Shown: one piece after another, positions 41,349 to 50,170 of the stretch
How the letters are laid out: each line of letters opens with the position of its first letter
Numbering within the stretch: the stretch's first letter is position 1
NCBI GenBank assembly: GCA_016839815.1
Contig: JAEOTM010000069.1
Coordinates: 1-64,000, forward strand
DNA: 64,000 bases
Source of the DNA: Candidatus Hodarchaeota archaeon
GTDB lineage: Archaea > Asgardarchaeota > Heimdallarchaeia > Hodarchaeales > Hodarchaeaceae
Direction of reading: 5' to 3'
Made by a program: the position numbers and the translations under genes
Notes under the pieces: generated by a model
What the model was told of the DNA's origin: nothing
The model's database searches: none
What the model saw: only the letters and a program-made list of their open reading frames with translations

Positions 41349-43091
41349 ATGGAAATAAATCTCCCCTTAAAATTGGAATTATTTCCCCATGAAGAATTAC
41401 GAGCATATCAGGCGAGATTCCTACGCTTTGTAGAAAAACACACTAGATCTATTATTCATGCTCCAGTCGGATTCGGTAAAACGGTGATGGCCTTAACCAG
41501 TACATTACCATTAGTGAAGACTCAGCAGTATCAACTTTACATCTTTGTTAGAACAAAAGCGCAAATTTTCCGTGTTTTCTTTGAACAATTACGTAAAATT
41601 GCCAATACTGACAAATACGGTTATTTAACTGCTCTTCCATTAATCTTGAAGTCGGATTTATGCATTAGAGGTGATGTTCCATTTTTCTATCAGGGAATTT
41701 GTGGAAAAATTCGATGTCCACATTTTGAAAAGGCACGTTCCATCCCTGAAGAAGACTTTCCAACCATTGTTGAGCAGGTTCCCATCACAACTCATGAAGA
41801 GGAGATAACGATTGAGACTTTCAAGGACACACTACAGGAATTTGGTTGTCCCTATTATATCATCAAGCGTTGTATCCCTTATGCAAATATTATCGTTACC
41901 ACCCATACATATCTAAGAAGTAAAATTTTGCAAGGTATTCTCTCCACATTCCTACAAAAAAGCCTTTTTCCTAATAAAATCTGTGTTATTGATGAAGGAC
42001 ATAATTTTTCTGCAGAAATTGAGGCTGAAATCTCTTTAAATGACATCTATAAAGCCAGAGATATTATTCCTCTAAAAGTATTTGATTTACTACAGAATAT
42101 GATTCAAAATCGAACCGGAAGAATCGATCGTCCACCTAATTTAACCTCTGATGCAATAGATGCATTTCTTGATCATCAAATCAAATTATCTCCTTGGGAA
42201 CAGACGCACCTCCTTCTAGTTAAAGATTTTTTAAACAGTCGCGGAGAAATCTGGATTTCTGATTCAGAAAAATTGTTACAGCTTAATCCCTTCCCTCAAA
42301 CAACATTTAGATTTATCAACAATGAGTTCCAAAGTATCCTATTAATGTCTGGAACATTCCAACCTGTAGCATCTTATAAAACTCTTTATGGTATAAATTA
42401 TCCAGGTCTGTTCATTCCATCAGATTTCCAGTATAGTTTGAATGGCATTCTTTATCACAGGCAATTCAGCACAAAATATCGAGAAAGAACGTCCCAGACC
42501 TTTCAAGCAATGGCTTATGTAATAGAACGATTACATCAAAGAAACCCTTTTCATACGATCGTTTTTACTCCCTCACATGAATTAAAGCAGAAGATTCTGG
42601 CCCATATGGCTTTGTCAAATATTTATATTGAACAACCTGATGAAAGACCTTTTTTTATTGAAGACCTTAATAAGAAGTCGCATGAGGTTATTTTTGGGGT
42701 GCTAGGGGGAAAATTATCAGAAGGAATTGAAATCCTCGATCCGCGAACTAATCGTAGCCTATTAACTTTAATTATTATTGCTGGAGTGCCATATACACGT
42801 CCAGATATAACAAATCGATTAATAAAAAGTCTTTATACACGAAAATGGGGTAAGAGAATGGCTGATCACCTTTCTCTATTACCTGTCACTCGATCAATTA
42901 CGCAAGCAATAGGAAGAGGAATTCGATCAGAATCAGACTTCGCAGCCAGTTTAATCTTGGATTACCGAGCTGCTACCTTACGCACAATGTTACCTGGAGC
43001 AATCATTTTTCGTGATCTTAATGCTTGTTATCGAACATTTGACTCTTTTTTTACAAAAATGAGAAGGGAATTTCTAACGAAATATCCGTAA
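41349..43091 (+). CDS. XPD/Rad3/DinG-family Fe-S helicase
   Basis: Q-motif LRAYQ, APVGFGKT, Fe-S cysteines (DLC, GIC, RCPHF, GCPYY), IDEGHN, MSGT, GKLSEGI, QAIGRGIRSESD. Confidence 0.92.
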   Translation: MEINLPLKLELFPHEELRAYQARFLRFVEKHTRSIIHAPVGFGKTVMALTSTLPLVKTQQYQLYIFVRTKAQIFRVFFEQLRKIANTDKYGYLTALPLILKSDLCIRGDVPFFYQGICGKIRCPHFEKARSIPEEDFPTIVEQVPITTHEEEITIETFKDTLQEFGCPYYIIKRCIPYANIIVTTHTYLRSKILQGILSTFLQKSLFPNKICVIDEGHNFSAEIEAEISLNDIYKARDIIPLKVFDLLQNMIQNRTGRIDRPPNLTSDAIDAFLDHQIKLSPWEQTHLLLVKDFLNSRGEIWISDSEKLLQLNPFPQTTFRFINNEFQSILLMSGTFQPVASYKTLYGINYPGLFIPSDFQYSLNGILYHRQFSTKYRERTSQTFQAMAYVIERLHQRNPFHTIVFTPSHELKQKILAHMALSNIYIEQPDERPFFIEDLNKKSHEVIFGVLGGKLSEGIEILDPRTNRSLLTLIIIAGVPYTRPDITNRLIKSLYTRKWGKRMADHLSLLPVTRSITQAIGRGIRSESDFAASLILDYRAATLRTMLPGAIIFRDLNACYRTFDSFFTKMRREFLTKYP

Positions 43092-43104
43092 GAATTGAAT
43101 TCAG

Positions 43105-44523
43105 TTACTTATTTCCCTCACCTAAATTCTTAAGATGGAAAAACCGTGCTTCTTCACTGGTTTGTTTTGTAAGCAAGAAGATTCTTGGAATTGGCACCAA
43201 TAAATGATTTAACCTCTCGAAAATATCTGCATTTACATCATATGCAACAATGATGTTTGCTAGATTCGCAATTTGATCATTAACTGAATTTGAGATACAT
43301 ACTTGAATCTTTTTACTACTAAAGCCAAAGAGATTCTTTTCTAGTTGTAAACCGCAGAGGGAGGAAATCAGTTGAGTTATATGAGTTACCGATATTCCTT
43401 TTTCCTTCAATCTTCTTTCAAGAAACTTTGCGTTGTACCTATTATTCGTGACAAGAGAAACGTTTGTCTTATGTGTATCAATAAGTTTAAGAATCTGGTT
43501 AAATTTAGGATGCTCCAATTTGGGGAATAGTAAAACATACTCACGAAGTTTCTTAATGAGAGGATTCCCTAAAAACTCAACTAATGCTTTTTTACCGATA
43601 ATATTATCTGAATCGTTTAAACGACTCTGTAATTTATTAAGATAGGATGTGAAAGCTGGAAATCCCTGAGAAATTACTATTCGCTGCATGTTCATGATTC
43701 GCTGTAAATTTGCTGTTTTTACGAGATGTTTTCCAGGCTTATCATTTAATAAACTCTCATGGATAGCTGCTATTTGCTGAGGTGTGCTTTTTACTGAGAC
43801 ACTAAAACCTAGGTGTTCAAGTTCCATCAATCGATTCTTCTTCATTTGATCAAGAATGTCTAGTACAAAAAAATATTCCTTGGGTAGAGGAAGGGAATAG
43901 TGTTGAATATTTGATCTTTCACTCCGAATATCTCCATCAATCTTGACAATTTCCATAAGCTCTAAGTTTAAACACGCTTGTTCAAGTTTGATATTATTTT
44001 TCTCTCTTGAAAGACCTACTAGCTTTTTTGGAGTCAAGTTGCTAATAATGTATCTCAAGGATGATGAGGAAACCCCCATTTCGGCATAATCGATAATAAC
44101 CAATGAAAAATGATCTTTTTCAAAGAAAGATTGTTTATAATCATTCTTTACCGTTTTAGGAGTAGATATTATAATACTATATCGATTGTAATCCATTTTT
44201 CGTGCTTGGGGAAGGATTTGTCCATTGTGAATTGTCACAACCTGATTTATATATTCTTGAATTCCTGTCTTGAATATTTCTTGGATCTGTCGTTTTGTAA
44301 GAATTAAAACTCTTGGAATTGCTTCCAGTCCTTTCTCTAACGAAATATTCAAACTTATAAGCAAAGATAATATCCGAAATAGTTTTTCTTCTATCCGATA
44401 TTGTAATAAACTATTCTGTTTCTGAATTTGTGCTAAGAGGACTTGTTCTTCGAGTGTGGGAGAGAACTTCAACTTATGAGAAGGATTTCCATTGGTTTCT
44501 GTCAAACTCACACTGAGGTCCAT
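43105..44523 (-). CDS. Hef/FANCM(Mph1)-like helicase-fold protein, catalytically degenerate
   Basis: IIISTPKTVKND, FSLVIIDYAE (DEAH eroded), VGLS, EHPKF, IIVAYD, TSEEARF; no GKT Walker A and no ERCC4 domain. Confidence 0.7.
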   Translation of the reverse strand: MDLSVSLTETNGNPSHKLKFSPTLEEQVLLAQIQKQNSLLQYRIEEKLFRILSLLISLNISLEKGLEAIPRVLILTKRQIQEIFKTGIQEYINQVVTIHNGQILPQARKMDYNRYSIIISTPKTVKNDYKQSFFEKDHFSLVIIDYAEMGVSSSSLRYIISNLTPKKLVGLSREKNNIKLEQACLNLELMEIVKIDGDIRSERSNIQHYSLPLPKEYFFVLDILDQMKKNRLMELEHLGFSVSVKSTPQQIAAIHESLLNDKPGKHLVKTANLQRIMNMQRIVISQGFPAFTSYLNKLQSRLNDSDNIIGKKALVEFLGNPLIKKLREYVLLFPKLEHPKFNQILKLIDTHKTNVSLVTNNRYNAKFLERRLKEKGISVTHITQLISSLCGLQLEKNLFGFSSKKIQVCISNSVNDQIANLANIIVAYDVNADIFERLNHLLVPIPRIFLLTKQTSEEARFFHLKNLGEGNK

Positions 44524-44556
44524 CCTAACTCCAAAGGAACATGATTTCTCCTTTAA

Positions 44557-44784
44557 TTACTTCAATCCTTCTATTGGTTCCACCCAGTTTCGGTGTGCGC
44601 TACAAGAAATTACTTTTGAATTTTTTACCACTAATACTGAGGGCATGCGTCTATTCAACAGTAAAGAACATATACCTCCGATCCCCCAATTTGCAAATTC
44701 ACATATTTGACATAATGGACTATTTACAAAAATTTCATCAAGAAAAGGTAGACTAGTTGGTCGGAATATTGGTTGACTTGTCAC
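44557..44784 (-). CDS. Small Cys/His metal-binding protein
   Basis: CQIC...C...CSAH; AGGTGA RBS upstream of the GTG; co-oriented 33 nt upstream of the Hef-like gene. Confidence 0.55.
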   Translation of the reverse strand: MTSQPIFRPTSLPFLDEIFVNSPLCQICEFANWGIGGICSLLLNRRMPSVLVVKNSKVISCSAHRNWVEPIEGLK

Positions 44785-44841
44785 TTGCGATTCACCTAGA
44801 TATCTACTCTGTTACTATCCATCTAGTATAGGTGAATGAGA

Positions 44842-44886
44842 CTTAAATATCTAAAAACCCCTCCTCCGAATTTTTCAAGTATAAAA
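44842..44886. promoter_or_regulatory. Divergent promoters with island motif variants
   Basis: Minus strand TTTTTAGATATTTAAG (44842-44857); plus strand TTTTCAAGTATAAAA (44872-44886). Confidence 0.55.
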
Positions 44887-44905
44887 ACTAAAAAACTAAT
44901 CCATA

Positions 44906-45418
44906 GTGAAGAAGATGTTATCAGAAAAACAACTAACTGAACGTTTAGAAATCTATCTGAGAGATCATTTACAATTCCAAACATATCTTGAACTACAGAT
45001 TAATAGTAATGAAAATTTTAAGATCTCCGAAATAATAAACCAAGAGTCCTTTCGAATTGACTTAGCAGGCATCAGTCAAATAGATGGGTCGATACACTTT
45101 GTAGAAGCGGAAACCCAGATACATATCAACCATCCCACAATATTCCGTCATTTTTGTGACTATTGCTATTTATTATGTCCTGACGAACAATTTACCCTGC
45201 TTAATTCTACGACTGTAGATGAACAACTCTCTTGGGCTCGAGAAGAGGGAATTGGAATTATATCCATCTCGAAAGAAGGACGAGTTAGAAATCGTATCCA
45301 TGCAGTCCAACAGCCGTTAGACTCTGAAATTCGGAAAGTAGTTATACAGACGATGAATAATCGGTATAATATTCCATTTTCTACCATCCCATTATGGGAC
45401 CGTTCCAGGGAGTCATAA
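44906..45418 (+). CDS. PD-(D/E)XK endonuclease-like protein (MmcB-like)
   Basis: RIDLAGI..IHFVEAET..FCDYCYLLCP..GIGII matches the MmcB-type layout. Confidence 0.6.
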   Translation: MKKMLSEKQLTERLEIYLRDHLQFQTYLELQINSNENFKISEIINQESFRIDLAGISQIDGSIHFVEAETQIHINHPTIFRHFCDYCYLLCPDEQFTLLNSTTVDEQLSWAREEGIGIISISKEGRVRNRIHAVQQPLDSEIRKVVIQTMNNRYNIPFSTIPLWDRSRES

Positions 45419-45461
45419 TTTTAAACTGAAGTGATTAATTATTACTCGAAAGAAAAAAAAA

Positions 45462-45968
45462 TTGTTAGTGTGTTCACCAACAGAGAGAAAAAAAGCAGAA
45501 CTTTTCAACCAAATAGATACACTTTTCCAAGAGAACCGATTCGAGCAAGCAATAACCAATTTGCATTATTTATTACGAACTGATCCATCTCGAGAGCAAG
45601 ATATCCGTTTCAAGTTAGCACAAATCTTTTTCAAAAGAAATGAAATAGATCAGACCTTAAATATACTATCTCCTCTGCTACCAAGTTCGAAACGTAATAT
45701 CACAGAGCTAGCAATCCAATCCTTTATTTCTCTAGATGAAAAGGAAAATTCCCTCCGAATACTTGTAAATTCACCATTACATGACTACGAAAAAAGAAAG
45801 CTGTATCAAAGGTACTTTTCAGACTCCCCAGAGGGACAAGACAATTTTTCGATTTGGCCCCAGTTGGACATTTATTGTCCTGAGTGTGGAGATTATCTGT
45901 TCTTTCACCAAGAGAAAATAGTTTGTTTAAAATGTCATCAAAAAGAAATTTCTAAGTTTCTTGCTTAG
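45462..45968 (+). CDS. TPR + C-terminal zinc-ribbon protein
   Basis: TPR-like helices, then CPECG...CLKC. Confidence 0.65.
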   Translation: MLVCSPTERKKAELFNQIDTLFQENRFEQAITNLHYLLRTDPSREQDIRFKLAQIFFKRNEIDQTLNILSPLLPSSKRNITELAIQSFISLDEKENSLRILVNSPLHDYEKRKLYQRYFSDSPEGQDNFSIWPQLDIYCPECGDYLFFHQEKIVCLKCHQKEISKFLA

Positions 45969-45993
45969 TTCTTCAAAGTTTGAACTCTTTAGC

Positions 45994-47121
45994 CTAGTCG
46001 GATCCTATAGACTCTTTTATTTTCCCTTTTGCTAGCTTGATTTGCTCTGTCACCTTCGTGAGAATTGGCTTTTCTTCTTCGCTAAGCGTTCCCTCAATAA
46101 TTTCAAATTCACCTTCATCACTTTCAAGTAGTATATCACTTTCCTGTGTTACACCTTTTTCGGATTCAACTTGATCTCCTCTCTCTTCAATCAAGGATTC
46201 TGATAGTTTTCTTTCACTTATCTTGTCTAACCCAATTATTTCCTCACCTTTTTCCTTGATCTTATCAGCAGTTAATAATTTAGGGGATTTATTTTCGTTA
46301 GAATCTGTGGTTTTAATCTGGATTTTCCTTTTTGAATCTAAAGATGTATGAGACCTTGTGAAACTTCCCATTAAATCAGACATAATTTCCTCTTCGGTTT
46401 CAGATGCGAAATCTTCATCTGTTTGATTCCCTGATTCATCAGGAATGGTTGGAGATTCTCCTCCAAGGTTTTTAGAAAGGACAATAGGGTTATGTACTCC
46501 GTTATCAGGATCAATTGGGTTCTTTAAATTATGTGAATTAACAGAGTTTGAAACCAGATGGTTCTGATCACCAAAGATATTGGGATTTTTTATAATACTG
46601 ATTACTAATCCAGGAATAATTTTCTGAATAGCCACTTGGAAATCAACACTTCGTTCTTTAATGTCATGAATGAACCTTTCCATCTCTTTCTCAGAACTTA
46701 GCAATAAAGGATAATTAAACTCAGGAAATTCAATACTCAATGAGAAGATCGTCTTGGAAGAATCCTCAATAACACGAAAATCAAACTCCTGTAAGTTTTT
46801 GAGAACTGAGAGACGATAATCTTCAGGTTTTGCTTCAATCCTATAATCAAGGAAAACTGTTGTTATATTGTCATATGCAGAGAAAATTATCATAGCTTCT
46901 GGAAGGAGATCTGAATAGAAGATTTCATGACTTGATTTAATGTTTGTAAAGTGAAACATGTCTATTTGAAGCTTCCTATCAGCATTATCCAGCATTAAAC
47001 CAACGAAGTACCCCACTCCTCCAAAAAGGAATATAATTATTGAATTAGAATTAATTACTAAGAACAGAATGTTACCAAATAGGAATCCAATAATTGTTGT
47101 TAAAATGCTCTTACTTATCAT
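45994..47121 (-). CDS. Two-TM membrane protein with alpha/beta domain and acidic disordered tail
   Basis: Two N-terminal TM helices; E/D/S/K-rich C-terminal third. Confidence 0.65.
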   Translation of the reverse strand: MISKSILTTIIGFLFGNILFLVINSNSIIIFLFGGVGYFVGLMLDNADRKLQIDMFHFTNIKSSHEIFYSDLLPEAMIIFSAYDNITTVFLDYRIEAKPEDYRLSVLKNLQEFDFRVIEDSSKTIFSLSIEFPEFNYPLLLSSEKEMERFIHDIKERSVDFQVAIQKIIPGLVISIIKNPNIFGDQNHLVSNSVNSHNLKNPIDPDNGVHNPIVLSKNLGGESPTIPDESGNQTDEDFASETEEEIMSDLMGSFTRSHTSLDSKRKIQIKTTDSNENKSPKLLTADKIKEKGEEIIGLDKISERKLSESLIEERGDQVESEKGVTQESDILLESDEGEFEIIEGTLSEEEKPILTKVTEQIKLAKGKIKESIGSD

Positions 47122-47193
47122 TATTCCTCATTTCCATTCTCCTGCCGAAAATCTGAGATAATCTAGACTAATCAATAATGGATTCGTAACCTG

Positions 47194-47210
47194 CCTTAAA
47201 TATCTGAAAT
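47194..47210 (-). promoter_or_regulatory. Island promoter motif, exact copy of the radA 17-mer
   Basis: ccttaaatatctgaaat is the reverse complement of ATTTCAGATATTTAAGG, and points at the 47121 start. Confidence 0.75.
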
Positions 47211-47234
47211 TCAATAATTCTCTAAATAATTAAT

Positions 47235-49991
47235 TCAAGCAATAAATATCCTACAGTCATTATAATCCGTACCGAGGGGGATTTCCTTATTTTGTAAGAT
47301 AAAAGCAAGAATTTGCTGCGCTCCCGCTTTATCCAACAATGTGTTATTCTTACTGCAGCGGGGTAAAAAGCAACATTTTGGACAGCCATCTTGGCAGTCA
47401 CATTCTAGAATTTCACTGGCTCGTAAAAATAGATCAGATAAGTGACTCATTAGCATCTCACAAATTCCATAACCCGTGGATTGATCAAATAAAAGGATGT
47501 ATCCCTGAGGTAGTAATGTTAATCCACCAATTTCGTGAATCTGTCCTCCAATAAACGGTAAACTTGCATGTATAAGGACATGAACGAGAGTATGTAAAGA
47601 ATTATTAAACCGATTTTGATCTAATTGGACATTCAAGGAAGATCTGGGGATTTGAAACAATAAACCTCTGGATTGAGACGAATAATATTGTGGTTCCCGT
47701 AATTTCTTGGTTTCTGTTCCAGATGGTGTTTGAAGTGTATAACCAACAACTGATTGTAGAATTTTCGCTGTAACGAGACCAAATTCCAAACCATAAACTG
47801 AAACTGTGGACTTATGAATTTCCAGAATTTGGGGTTTCATTCTAGTAAGGGGGAATGTCTGACCCCAAACACTTTTGGGTTTTATCAGTTCCGCCCACCC
47901 CCGGAATCCATTAAACCGATAACTAATTACCCGGTATTTTGCACCTCCAGCTAAATAATAAGCCCCTGGATATAACTCATACATTGCAAGTGGCATACTT
48001 CGTTTGCCTATTTGTTTTCCACCACGAATCCTGATTATAATCTCATGATTCGTTCCTCTAATTGAATACTTTCGAACTTTTTCAATCCCTTGTTCTGTAG
48101 GAACGAAAATATCATTCTCAAATCTCTGAAGATAGTTCTTTTTGTCTAATTCCTTGATTGCTGATACATACTCTGGAAATTCATTTATCCCTAATGGATG
48201 GTCGAGAGCTGCGGTAAGAAGTTGATGATCGACAACATTTGGATTGGTTGGGTCGAAAAATATATCCTCTACTTCTTGGTAATAACGTTCGGGGTTATTA
48301 TAATAATAATGACAAATCGGATCATCTGCATTAAGATGAATGATTGCTACAGCATCTTGTCCTTTTCTTCCAGCTCTTCCAATCCTTTGGATAGCACGAT
48401 TCGCAGAAATTGGAGGGGTAACTACGATTTCTAAAGCTCCAATATCGATTCCCAATTCCAAGGTTGGAGTAGCTATTAAAAGATCGATATCTCCTTCTCT
48501 GAATTGTGTCTCCACTTCTTCACGAACTTTTTTATCTAATCCCGCTCTATGTATCCCAATCTTCTCCGAAGTCCCCCGTAAACGTTGAAAAAGATATTCA
48601 GCACTACGATGAGAGTCTTGAAACGCCAAGATTTTTCCATATGGTTTAATTGAATTAAGTAAACTTGTAATACCATCAAAGGTTGACATGCCATCAAAAG
48701 GAGCGATCATTAAAAAATGCAATCGTCCTCTTCGGCCATGTTGACATTCAACTACTGTAATTGAGCGATTCAACAGGCGACTGGTGAAATTCTGTGGATT
48801 AGCAACTGTTGCAGAAGAAGCGATAAATTGGATCCTATTATCAACAATACGCTCAAGGCGTCGAAGAATAAAATACATATTACTCCCAAATGTTCCAGAA
48901 AAGGTATGAACTTCATCCAATATGACGATTTTCAAATTAGATACTAAATTTTGAAAAAATCCTGAGTTTTTCCCAATTCCAAGATGATAATGAAGAATAT
49001 CTGGGTTTGTAATCAGAATTTCTGGAGGATTAGCAAAGATCTTTTTTCGTCGATATTGAGAGGTATCTCCATCAAAGACTTCTACTGATAATTTTAAGAG
49101 CGAAGCAAGTTCGGTTATTTTTCTTAACTGATCCTTAGCTAAAGCCTTCTGGGGATAAATAATTAATAATTGTACTCCATATCCCACGAAATCTTTAATC
49201 TTTATCAGCGCAGGAAGAAGAAATCCTTCTGTTTTCCCATTACCTGTCGGGGCAACAATGCATACATCTTGATTCGCTAGAATTTTTTTGTAGGCTTCTT
49301 CCTGAAACTTATAAAGCCGTTTAATCCCCTTTGAATTCAGATACTTTATAATCTCATAGTTATTAATGAATTGTATTTTCTTTCCATATTCACCACTTTG
49401 TTTATCAAAAAAACGATAGTCTACTATCTGATGCTGACCGAAATGAACTAGCTGTTTAATGACCACTGGAAGAGCTTCTTCCTCAATCTTAAAATGTGCA
49501 TAAAATTCATTTAAGGAGAAAATACTCTTTGGTGCATTGCTTTGTATCTGCTTCGCTTTCTGTAAACCCAACGGATGATCACTTGGTAGAGTTTTAAGTT
49601 TTCCTGTGCTTGCTAAGCGTGTTTTTACCTTAGGATTAAGTGAAACACCTCCTCCTTTCAATGAATAGAATTTCTGTAAACAGAATTCCGCTTTTTCATT
49701 TTCTTTTAATTTGAAGTAAAGAGAAGATAATGCCTTCCAGGTATCACGATGCTGACTATCTTGTTGTAAAATCCTTCCAAATACAAGTTTAGCCTCATTA
49801 TAACATTTAATCTTGATAAAACGACTAGCAATTGTAGACAACAATGAAATTGAAGGTTTGGGAGAAGAAGAGTCAATGATATTCTTAAATGAAACTACCA
49901 TAGCATCAAGATCTCTTGTCAAAGCATAATCTTCAAGAGCAGACTCATACTGTTTCCAGAGGAGCTTTTCCTTTTCGTGAGCTAGTGTCAT
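47235..49991 (-). CDS. MrfA/Hrq1-like DEAH helicase with DUF1998-type Zn domain and N-terminal TPR
   Basis: LYKFQ, APTGNGKT, TNPDILH, LDEVH, SATVAN, HRAGL, TPTLELGIDIG, QRIGRAGR, CDCQDGCPKC. Confidence 0.92.
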   Translation of the reverse strand: MTLAHEKEKLLWKQYESALEDYALTRDLDAMVVSFKNIIDSSSPKPSISLLSTIASRFIKIKCYNEAKLVFGRILQQDSQHRDTWKALSSLYFKLKENEKAEFCLQKFYSLKGGGVSLNPKVKTRLASTGKLKTLPSDHPLGLQKAKQIQSNAPKSIFSLNEFYAHFKIEEEALPVVIKQLVHFGQHQIVDYRFFDKQSGEYGKKIQFINNYEIIKYLNSKGIKRLYKFQEEAYKKILANQDVCIVAPTGNGKTEGFLLPALIKIKDFVGYGVQLLIIYPQKALAKDQLRKITELASLLKLSVEVFDGDTSQYRRKKIFANPPEILITNPDILHYHLGIGKNSGFFQNLVSNLKIVILDEVHTFSGTFGSNMYFILRRLERIVDNRIQFIASSATVANPQNFTSRLLNRSITVVECQHGRRGRLHFLMIAPFDGMSTFDGITSLLNSIKPYGKILAFQDSHRSAEYLFQRLRGTSEKIGIHRAGLDKKVREEVETQFREGDIDLLIATPTLELGIDIGALEIVVTPPISANRAIQRIGRAGRKGQDAVAIIHLNADDPICHYYYNNPERYYQEVEDIFFDPTNPNVVDHQLLTAALDHPLGINEFPEYVSAIKELDKKNYLQRFENDIFVPTEQGIEKVRKYSIRGTNHEIIIRIRGGKQIGKRSMPLAMYELYPGAYYLAGGAKYRVISYRFNGFRGWAELIKPKSVWGQTFPLTRMKPQILEIHKSTVSVYGLEFGLVTAKILQSVVGYTLQTPSGTETKKLREPQYYSSQSRGLLFQIPRSSLNVQLDQNRFNNSLHTLVHVLIHASLPFIGGQIHEIGGLTLLPQGYILLFDQSTGYGICEMLMSHLSDLFLRASEILECDCQDGCPKCCFLPRCSKNNTLLDKAGAQQILAFILQNKEIPLGTDYNDCRIFIA

Positions 49992-50081
49992 AACTACTCA
50001 TTAATTGATAATGAATTTTCCTTAAGAATGCAAAATCCTTTTTTGTGTTAATTACTTTAAATTCCTAGATTCCTTAAAAAG

Positions 50082-50137
50082 AGTATATAAAAAAATTCAC
50101 GATTAGGCAATATTAGACCCATTTTCGAATATTTAAG
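50082..50137. promoter_or_regulatory. Bidirectional promoter carrying shared island motifs
   Basis: AGTATATAAAAAAA (50082-50095), TTCACGATT (50096-50104), TTTTCGAATATTTAAG (50122-50137). Confidence 0.65.
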
Positions 50138-50170
50138 CCATTCTCGGTATCAGTAGTAGAGGTTTGGAAA

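Noticed and set aside
44492-44756. Plus-strand ORFs 44492..44710 and 44541..44756
   Set aside because: They overlap the better-supported minus-strand Cys/His ORF, which has an RBS and promoter motif.
44557-44784. SWIM-domain (Shu complex SWS1-like) protein
   Set aside because: Cys/His spacing is CxxC...C...CxxH, not the SWIM CxC...CxH pattern.
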